Shown here piece after piece: positions 8,024-14,257 of a stretch of DNA of 14,257 nucleotides. Under the pieces are notes generated by a model that did not search any database, had not been told where the DNA came from, and saw only the letters and a list, made by a program, of their open reading frames with translations. This stretch comes from Myxococcota bacterium (GTDB taxonomy: Bacteria; Myxococcota_A; Bradymonadia; UBA7976; UBA1532), in assembly GCA_036337435.1 (NCBI GenBank), contig JAYZEG010000067.1, positions 1-14,257 on the forward strand, in the 5' to 3' direction. A program made the position numbers and the translations under genes. Position 1 is the stretch's first letter; every line of letters begins with the position of its first letter.

Positions 8024-8930
8024 CTTTTCCTCCGTGGAAGAGCCGCTCCCAAGTTCGACCTGCAATAAATCCAAGGCCGAAGAGGATTAGGACCGACATC
8101 GCCAACCCCATTTCACCTTGGCTCATGTCGATAATGCTGTTTGTTGGTGCGCGTCCAGCCGACTCCGCAGCAGCCCCGAATACGGTGCCGTCAATGCCTT
8201 CATAACGACACCCAAAGAGCCCGAAAATGACAAGGAGGGACGTCCGTTTTGCAGCGTCGAAGGTGGGTCTTTTTAGTTCGGATAATGCCTCGGGAAGGAG
8301 GTCTGGCCGTCGGTTTGCCAGCAATCGAATGATGGCGACCGCCGCCACCGATTCGACTATCGCCAGCGGAACCTGCACCGGGGCAAATCCGAGAACCACG
8401 GTTGTAAAAGTTGTTGCTGGCTCGGCCACATTGCTAAGGGCGAATGCGAGGACGAATGCATCGGTGATGTATACCATCAAGCCCCCAACGCCGCATGCTA
8501 GACCGAGACCAACCGCACCGCCAAAGCCGAGTCTTTTTATCAAGGTCCAGAGTCCGATCGTGGCCATCGGGCCGACGACGCCAAGGGCGATGGTATTTAT
8601 CCCTAACGTGGTGAGTCCTCCGTGGGCGAAGAAAAGAGCCTGGAGTAATAGAACGAAAAATGTAGGCCATATAATCCGGCGTATGCCGATGATGAGCGCG
8701 AGCACGGGTGTCAGACAAATATGGCTTGTCGCGCCGACAACAGGGACAGGTAAGGGGAGCAGTGTCACAGCAAACAGCAAGCTCGTGACACCAGCCATGA
8801 GCACAGACGGTGTTCCTTCATCGCATCGTGCAATCTGTTCACCCCGCATACTCCAGGCCAAGGTCGCAGCGCCAACTGCGCTGAACGCGATCGCTTGGTT
8901 CAAGGGGAGTATCCCTTCGGCTAGGTGCAT
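8007..8930 (-). CDS. cbiM: Cobalt ECF transporter S component CbiM with a fused C-terminal CbiN-like segment, 307 aa
   Basis: N-terminal MHLAEG (metal-binding M1-H2, cobalt-type MHxxEG), GATSH, LLLQALFFAHGGLTTLGIN and FAPVQVPLAIVE. An extra ~90-aa tail carries EGIDG and a terminal helix LFGLGFIAG resembling CbiN. Confidence 0.88.
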   Translation of the reverse strand: MHLAEGILPLNQAIAFSAVGAATLAWSMRGEQIARCDEGTPSVLMAGVTSLLFAVTLLPLPVPVVGATSHICLTPVLALIIGIRRIIWPTFFVLLLQALFFAHGGLTTLGINTIALGVVGPMATIGLWTLIKRLGFGGAVGLGLACGVGGLMVYITDAFVLAFALSNVAEPATTFTTVVLGFAPVQVPLAIVESVAAVAIIRLLANRRPDLLPEALSELKRPTFDAAKRTSLLVIFGLFGCRYEGIDGTVFGAAAESAGRAPTNSIIDMSQGEMGLAMSVLILFGLGFIAGRTWERLFHGGKDALPR

Positions 8931-9376
8931 TCGCCGACCTCTTTGATTGGCGGAACTCGACCCAGAATGCTGTTTCGTAAGGACTTCGGACGCGTCTTCC
9001 GAGGCATGAAGCCGTCGGGGCTTTCCAAATAAACTGCCAGACAGTCAAGGATGCTGCTGGTCGTCTCGGTGACCGTTGCCTTCTGATCGCCGAAAAGATA
9101 GCTCCACGAGTCGGGTGAGGACAGTGCAATGCCGCAAGGTCGAGGGCAAACGCTTAAACACTCTGCAGCGCGTACTGTCACTCGCTCCCGCAAGGGACTT
9201 CGGTCGATGGCGTCGCTCAGCTCCTGATACAATACGAAACCAGGTCTATTGGCTTGAGGCTCTCGCGGCATTCCCGTCGGTCTACAGGATGTGCAGACGT
9301 GGAGTATACACGGCTGAGTCAGTGTGCGTGCCGGCGTTGCTTGATGTCCAGCGGATGGCAATTGAACGTCGTTCAT
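8921..9376 (-). CDS. DUF1636-family Cys-rich predicted metal-binding protein (151 aa from ATG 9376; alternative GTG 9385)
   Basis: LHVCTSCR, PG, ECLSVCPRPCGIALS, WSYLFGD, DGFMP...RP..LR..ILGRVPP match the DUF1636 pattern. The stop overlaps the cbiM start by 10 nt. Confidence 0.88.
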   Translation of the reverse strand: MNDVQLPSAGHQATPARTLTQPCILHVCTSCRPTGMPREPQANRPGFVLYQELSDAIDRSPLRERVTVRAAECLSVCPRPCGIALSSPDSWSYLFGDQKATVTETTSSILDCLAVYLESPDGFMPRKTRPKSLRNSILGRVPPIKEVGECT

Positions 9377-9997
9377 ACAGTGCACTCAACCACGGGTGAC
9401 ATGCGCGGCCAGTGCTGCGTTAGAGAGCCTGCCGTGTACTTTCTGGCCACACGGCCGAGAAAACATCCAAATTCAAATACAGTTAGACCGTCTTGTTGGA
9501 GCCGTTGGATAGCGCAGCTTTGGTGTTCATTTTGATGCATGACAGGTCTTGGTTCCGTCCCTCCGAATGACACGCGGATTGCTGAATTCATTACCCGGTC
9601 CATCTCCTTAGCGGCCCTGTTGTATACGCAAGGAGCTTGCAAATGCAAGTGGTTGTAAAAACGCCGACGAAATGGGCATTCTTGGCCGATGGCGCGGTCT
9701 GTTTCGAAAGGTTACTGCGGCGCAACAAATTGTCACTCTCATAACCGGCTTGACAGAAACTAAAGGGGTCTATCGGCGGGCCCCCTTCATCGATGTTTTT
9801 TTGTTAAACCTGTGGTTGAAAACGATGGTAAACCCTCATGTTGGTCTAATAAATCGTGCTCAAGGCTGTGATAACGGCACTCACTGCTGTGGGGGGCCGC
9901 AAAGCGTGTCGATGGTTGACCCGACGAACACATTAGCCAATACTCCCGCCAACGTTGCGTGGCAACGGGGCTTTGTTACATGGGCGTGGATGTTCCG
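9377..9997. promoter_or_regulatory. Divergent control region between the DUF1636-cbi operon and the His-rich COG0523 gene
   Basis: It lies between two divergent start codons. It contains inverted repeats at 9604-9635, 9636-9649, 9763-9787 and 9953-9967 and a TTGACA at 9750-9755. No promoter could be assigned with confidence. Confidence 0.6.
9643..9744 (+). CDS. Candidate 33-aa small ORF (MQVVVKTPTKWAFLADGAVCFERLLRRNKLSLS)
   Basis: AAGGAG at 9630-9635 lies 7 nt before ATG 9643; TAA at 9742-9744. No family recognised. Confidence 0.25.
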   Translation: MQVVVKTPTKWAFLADGAVCFERLLRRNKLSLS

Positions 9998-11146
9998 ATG
10001 AATAAGAAAAAACGACCTCCCATACCAATCAATCTGATCTCTGGTCCACTCGGTGTCGGAAAGACGACCACAATTAATCAGCTTCTTGCTTTGAAGCCCG
10101 AGAATGAGAAGTGGGCGATTCTCGTGAATGAATATGGATTGGTTGGCCTCGACGCGGCCTTCATGCAGCCGGCGAGTGGGGGCAATACCAGGACAGGTGT
10201 TGACATCCGCGAAGTGGCTGGGGGCTGTATCTGTTGTAGTGCCGGGTTTATGTTTGAAGTGTCTCTGGTGATGCTTCTACAACGCCGACCAAATCGTTTA
10301 CTCATTGAACCGACCGGCTTAGCTGCTTTATCGGGCATCTTGGATACCTTGGAGCGACCGGGCATTCGTGAGTCAGTCGATGTTCGTTCGATTATTTGCA
10401 TCCTTGACCCCAAACGGTTTGAACGAGACATTCGCCGCGATGAAATGTTCGATCAGGTCGAGGCTGCTGATGTGTTACTCGCAAACCGGTCGGACCTCGC
10501 GACGGCAGCCGAACTCGAATCATTCATGGCATGGGCGAACCGCATTTTTCCGCCCAAGCGGTTTGTGGGTCCAACCGAGCATGGGCAAATCAAACTTGAC
10601 CTGCTCGACCTGATTTCGGGGCGAGACGTCTCCATCGCGAGGGCGGGTCACACCCATGGGACCGACCACCAGCACCATCACCATGATGATCACGTCCACG
10701 ACCACAAGGACCATAATGAACATCAACATCACAGCCACGAACACAGTCATCCGGAATCGGGTGTCGACGCGGCGGCCGGTCATCCGGCCTCTGACAATGA
10801 ATCGGGGGTTGATGCTGATAATCCTTTCGCCAAGCGAGTGCACCACTCTCCAATTGCCTCGACCATTGGTTGGATCTGCTGGAATGGACTGGTCTTTCGG
10901 TCTGACCGCGTTTCGAGCTGGCTTCGCGGACTTGCGAATTTGCCCAATGCCATGCGGATTAAGGCGGTCGTACGAACCAACGATGGCTGGTTGGGTTTCA
11001 ATGTATTCGACGGCATAGAGGATGTCAGAAAGACAGGGTATCGACGCGATACACGTCTCGAAGTCATCTTTGACGGTCAGGACATTCCTGATGTCGATAA
11101 GCTTGAGAACGCGTTACATCAATGCTTGGACACCCCCCCCACCTGA
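9998..11146 (+). CDS. Second COG0523/CobW-family GTPase with a His-rich linker, 382 aa from ATG 9998
   Basis: GPLGVGKTT, LVNEYGLVGLD, GGCICC, EPTGL, NRSD (G4 variant), a His-rich linker, and a C-terminal RIKAVVRTNDGW...DTRLEVI (CobW_C-like). ATG 9980 is an alternative start. Confidence 0.92.
   Translation: MNKKKRPPIPINLISGPLGVGKTTTINQLLALKPENEKWAILVNEYGLVGLDAAFMQPASGGNTRTGVDIREVAGGCICCSAGFMFEVSLVMLLQRRPNRLLIEPTGLAALSGILDTLERPGIRESVDVRSIICILDPKRFERDIRRDEMFDQVEAADVLLANRSDLATAAELESFMAWANRIFPPKRFVGPTEHGQIKLDLLDLISGRDVSIARAGHTHGTDHQHHHHDDHVHDHKDHNEHQHHSHEHSHPESGVDAAAGHPASDNESGVDADNPFAKRVHHSPIASTIGWICWNGLVFRSDRVSSWLRGLANLPNAMRIKAVVRTNDGWLGFNVFDGIEDVRKTGYRRDTRLEVIFDGQDIPDVDKLENALHQCLDTPPT
10649..10816 (+). 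repeat. His-rich low-complexity tract followed by a duplicated ESGVDA motif, within the COG0523 gene
   Basis: 10649-10750 encodes HTHGTDHQHHHHDDHVHDHKDHNEHQHHSHEHSH (17 His in 34 aa). GAATCGGGTGTCGACGCG (10754-10771) and GAATCGGGGGTTGATGCT (10799-10816) both encode ESGVDA. Confidence 0.85.
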
Positions 11147-11148
11147 GA

Positions 11149-11181
11149 CGGCGCATTCGGGCTTTATGGCGTTATGCGCTG
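11149..11181. terminator. Possible hairpin between convergent genes
   Basis: CGGCGCAT (11149-11156) pairs with ATGCGCTG (11174-11181) with one G-U. It lies in the 58-bp gap between convergent stops, but has a large loop and no U-tract. Confidence 0.25.
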
Positions 11182-11204
11182 CGCGATTGAAACAGCAGTT
11201 CAAC

Positions 11205-11774
11205 CTAAGATACATCGGCCTGTGACAGCTTCGTCGTTGGCGGATCCGTTGGAATTGTAAAGCACTCGAGACCTAAGTAAGCGACGGGTGTCTCCATCGC
11301 CTGTGCCCAGGTCCAAGCGTCGAGCACGACCCGTGCTGCCCGAATGATACCGGCGTGTGAGAAAGCGAGATGGACGCCAGGCGTGAGGGAGCCTACAAAC
11401 TTTTCGAAGCGCGTTTGAACCATCAGAGCCGATTCACCTTCAGGCGGTGGTGTCTCGGTCCAATTTGCGCCCCACTGTGCCATTTTATCAGGAAACTTTT
11501 CATGGATTTCATCCCAGCGTAGACCTTCCCAAAGCCCGAAGCTGGCTTCCATGAGATGAGGGCTCAGATGCACTGTGTCGGTATAGGCCTGCGCCAGGTC
11601 CTGGCAACGCTGCAGCGGTGAACTCCAAACCCTCGTCGGCGGCTCTTTAGTTCTCAGGTGTGTATGGACGGTTTTGATGGCGGTCTCGGCTGTGATCGCG
11701 GTCGGTACATCGATTTGTCCATAGCAGGTGCCTTCCAGGGCGACGGGTGCATGGCGCACGAGATAAAGCGGCAT
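11205..11774 (-). CDS. cobC: Histidine phosphatase family protein, probable alpha-ribazole-phosphate/adenosylcobalamin-phosphate phosphatase, 189 aa
   Basis: LVRHA, CYGQIDVP, SSPLQRC, E..FGLWEG, PPEGES and SHAG motifs. It lies 8 nt downstream of cobS. The cobC assignment rests on family plus context. Confidence 0.8.
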   Translation of the reverse strand: MPLYLVRHAPVALEGTCYGQIDVPTAITAETAIKTVHTHLRTKEPPTRVWSSPLQRCQDLAQAYTDTVHLSPHLMEASFGLWEGLRWDEIHEKFPDKMAQWGANWTETPPPEGESALMVQTRFEKFVGSLTPGVHLAFSHAGIIRAARVVLDAWTWAQAMETPVAYLGLECFTIPTDPPTTKLSQADVS

Positions 11775-11782
11775 AGCAGTTC

Positions 11783-12550
11783 CTAATTTTGAACCGCAGC
11801 AAAAGCGATGAGCAAGGCCAGTTGAGTCAGCTGTTGCGTTGCGCCCAAAAAATCACCGGTGATCCCTCCAGTCCGTCGGTAAAAGCGCCAAGCGCAGAGA
11901 GCAGGCGTTAAGGTCATGGCCAGCGTCAGGCCCAACAATATGTCCGCGGTTAGGTACCCAAACCACCAACCCAGTCCGACCATTGAAAAACCGATGGCTG
12001 TCGCAAAAACCAGTTGGGGGAATCCGGCTCGTGTGACTTGCCTGCTGCGCGATTGTGCATCATTGGTGACGTAGGGCATCCCGACCATCAGCCAGATTGG
12101 CGTCACTCGCGATAGACATTCCGTCACAACGAGTGCTGTTGGTGCATGGGTATCAAGTCGGGCCAACAGCGCGACCTTGAGTCCAAGACTAACAAACAAG
12201 GCCATAGCACCGAAGGCACCAACTCGACTGTCTTTGAGAATCTCCAGGAGTCGATCCCGGTCGTATGCCCCACCCATCGCGTCAGCTGTGTCAGCAAGGC
12301 CGTCTTCGTGAAAACCACCCGTCAAAAGCAGACTCACCCCAAGGACCAAAAAAGCAGATACCCATGAGCCGAGCGAAGCGATGGCTAACCAGAGGAATGC
12401 GAGTGCTAAGCCGAGGAAGGCCCCCACCGCTGGAAACCAGGCGGTCGACCAGCGCCAGTCAGCATCTCGATAATCTTGCCCACCAACGGGGATTCGGGTG
12501 AGAAAAATGAAGGCCGTTCGTGAGCCACGTAGGATGGGTGGCAGTCTCAT
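11783..12550 (-). CDS. cobS: Adenosylcobinamide-GDP ribazoletransferase (cobalamin-5'-phosphate synthase), 255 aa
   Basis: FLTRIP, FPAVG, TGGFHEDGLADTADA, LEILKDSRVGAFG and GGITGDFLGA motifs in a multi-pass membrane protein. ATGA overlap with cobT. Confidence 0.96.
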   Translation of the reverse strand: MRLPPILRGSRTAFIFLTRIPVGGQDYRDADWRWSTAWFPAVGAFLGLALAFLWLAIASLGSWVSAFLVLGVSLLLTGGFHEDGLADTADAMGGAYDRDRLLEILKDSRVGAFGAMALFVSLGLKVALLARLDTHAPTALVVTECLSRVTPIWLMVGMPYVTNDAQSRSRQVTRAGFPQLVFATAIGFSMVGLGWWFGYLTADILLGLTLAMTLTPALCAWRFYRRTGGITGDFLGATQQLTQLALLIAFAAVQN

Positions 12551-13620
12551 TGAGAACGCTCTTTCTCGGGAACCTGGGCATCTGCAAAAGTTGCCATCCC
12601 ATTATGTAACGCACACGCCGCCTCGATGAGCGGAAACGCGGCCAAGGCACCGCTTGCTTCTCCGAGGCGCATGCCCAAATCCAGCAACCCTTGGGTGCCG
12701 GCTTTCTCCAGTAAGTGAGTGTGTCCTTGCTCGGCGGAGCGATGAGCCCAAATTAAACGTTTGTTAGCATCGGGGTAATCGTGAATCAGGGCGAGTGCTG
12801 CAGAGCCGGCGACGAAGCCATCCACGAGGATCGGTATGTTTTTCTCCGCAGCCCGGCCCATAGCACCGTACATGGCCGCGATGTCGCGCCCTCCGATTTG
12901 CATGATTGTAGACGCCCCATCATCTGCATCACAGGCCAAAAGCGCGCGCTCGACGACCATGCGTTTGCGAATCATGCCCTCATCATCGACCCCGGTACCG
13001 CGGCCGACCATCGTCTCGGCGGGGACATCGAGCAGAGCCGCCGTCACGGCGGAGGCCACTGTGGTGTTGCCAATCCCAAGCTCACCGACGATGAGTAGGC
13101 TACATTGACCTAACCTGTCTACGGCCTCGATGCCCGCCGATAAGGCCGCCTCAAAAGTGTGCTGGTCCATGGCTTGTGCGTCGGCCAGATCGCCTACGTT
13201 GCCGTTTGCCGCTGCACTTATCCGATAAAGCTGGACCTCGCTTGTCATCTGCACTTTCTGCGGCGTCTTGACGCCCACATCAATGATGCTCATGGGAATG
13301 TTAAATTGGCGGGCCAACACAGTCGATGCAGCACCGCCTGTGAGCATGTTGCCGACCATGGCCGTGGTGACGTCTTGTGGGTATGCGCTCACCCCATGGC
13401 TGACCACTGGGTGGTCAGATGCAAAGATCAACACGTGGGCGGGTCGCACCGTCGGTGTTGCCGTCTCTTGAAGGCCCGCCAGTTGTATGGCCAGCATCTC
13501 GAGCGCCCCGAGGCTCCCAGCCGGCTTGGTGAGGCAGGCCTGGCGCTGACTCGCTTGCTCAGACCATCTCGGATCCATGGGAGTGATTTTGAAATGCGCT
13601 TTAGAAGCATTTTGTGGCAT
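12547..13620 (-). CDS. cobT: Nicotinate-nucleotide--dimethylbenzimidazole phosphoribosyltransferase, 357 aa from ATG 13620
   Basis: LTKPAGSLGALE, FASDH..GVSAYP, GGAA, GELGIGNTT, GRGTG, VDGF, AHRSAEQGH and LDLGMRLGEASGA (catalytic Glu retained). AAGGTGG upstream of ATG 13620 favours it over 13677. Confidence 0.96.
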   Translation of the reverse strand: MPQNASKAHFKITPMDPRWSEQASQRQACLTKPAGSLGALEMLAIQLAGLQETATPTVRPAHVLIFASDHPVVSHGVSAYPQDVTTAMVGNMLTGGAASTVLARQFNIPMSIIDVGVKTPQKVQMTSEVQLYRISAAANGNVGDLADAQAMDQHTFEAALSAGIEAVDRLGQCSLLIVGELGIGNTTVASAVTAALLDVPAETMVGRGTGVDDEGMIRKRMVVERALLACDADDGASTIMQIGGRDIAAMYGAMGRAAEKNIPILVDGFVAGSAALALIHDYPDANKRLIWAHRSAEQGHTHLLEKAGTQGLLDLGMRLGEASGALAAFPLIEAACALHNGMATFADAQVPEKERSQ

Positions 13621-14078
13621 TGGCCCACCTTGTATTCCGGGTAAATGAAAAGTCGATGACAGCGCAGTGTCTAACACCGATGAGACAAAAAAAACAGCGC
13701 TGGAAAATGGGTGTTGTGGGCTCTTCAGAATCCATTTAACTCGGTTGACTGAACGCTGTCTGACCCATCAGGTTTTCACTGTCATGCTCTCCACGTTCAC
13801 CGCTTTGCTCAGTCAGGCGGCACGGTCTTGATTCAATTTATCGGCCCAGGTTATGTCACTTCGTTTCGGTGCGTACCATTAAAAAAACGAGCCAGATTTC
13901 TATGAATTGACATATTCGGCTCCATTTTCTTCCTGTTCAAATGGCAGTTAAAATAGAGTTCGGTCGAAAGTTAATCTCTGTTTTCACCCGGAATTCCGGT
14001 AGCCTGTCCAAGTCAGTGGTTTAGCTGGATGAGTTGCATGCCTCATTGGTGCACATGCGGCTTTGCAGGCAGGGGATC

Positions 14079-14257
14079 ATGAAAAACTCAAAACGCATTT
14101 TTAAAAATCTCGAGAAACGATTGATGGACGCCAGTTGGTTTCAAGACGATTGGGATATTTACAACCGAGGTGAATACCTGCAGCTGTATAAAGACAACTG
14201 GTACAATCACAACCAGGGTGGCATTCATTTCGAGACCTACATCGAAGCGCGGGAGAT
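14079..14257 (+). CDS. Hypothetical protein, 5' part only (runs off the window; not in the ORF track)
   Basis: AGGGGA just before ATG 14079. Open frame MKNSKRIFKNLEKRLMDASWFQDDWDIYNRGEYLQLYKDNWYNHNQGGIHFETYIEARE... continues to the window end with protein-like composition. Confidence 0.7.
   Translation, partial: MKNSKRIFKNLEKRLMDASWFQDDWDIYNRGEYLQLYKDNWYNHNQGGIHFETYIEARE

Noticed and set aside
8227..8946. 239-aa plus-strand ORF and the other antisense or out-of-frame ORFs overlapping the main genes
   Set aside because: Shadow ORFs of well-supported genes, with no motifs of their own.
9377..9997. Cobalamin riboswitch upstream of the cbi operon (GACAGGTCTTGG at 9541-9552 faintly resembles the reverse complement of the 3' AGACCTG element)
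   Set aside because: The other core elements (GGGAA..GGTG, GCCCCCGCAACTGT, GCCACTG..GGGAAG) were not found in order on either strand.
9672..10001. 109-aa plus-strand ORF ending in an ATGA overlap with the His-rich COG0523 start
   Set aside because: No RBS, no recognisable motif, and it runs through hairpins and a T7 tract. It cannot be fully excluded but is unsupported.
13621..14078. Riboswitch or cobU upstream of cobT; TTGACA at 13907-13912
   Set aside because: No riboswitch core motifs, no recognisable ORF, and no properly spaced -10 for the TTGACA.
1..14257. CRISPR array, tRNA/rRNA, transposase or integrase
   Set aside because: No regularly spaced repeats, structural-RNA signatures or mobile-element protein motifs were seen.

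Overview
A bacterial chromosomal window (mid-to-high-50s % GC by eye in the genes; 152/360, about 42% GC, counted over the first 360 nt) dominated by a cobalt/cobalamin and metal-chaperone locus. From left to right: a degraded YHYH-domain gene (about 491-1093, +); an HI0933/YhiN-family flavoprotein (+); a dihydroorotase with a QxH instead of HxH metal motif (+); and a tightly coupled six-gene minus-strand operon. That operon reads DUF1636 protein -> CbiM with a fused CbiN-like tail -> CbiQ(EcfT)-CbiO(EcfA) fusion -> small CxxxxC protein -> COG0523/CobW GTPase with a ~130-aa inserted domain -> WD40 protein. A ~620-bp divergent control region follows, with palindromes and a candidate 33-aa sORF but no recognisable B12 riboswitch. 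Then come a second, His-rich COG0523 GTPase (+), a convergent cobT-cobS-cobC nucleotide-loop operon with no cobU, and the 5' end of a hypothetical gene. The most interesting candidate system is a two-polypeptide cobalt ECF importer translationally coupled to several uncharacterised Cys/His proteins and a COG0523-WD40 pair. All family assignments come from motif recognition by eye; no database search was run.
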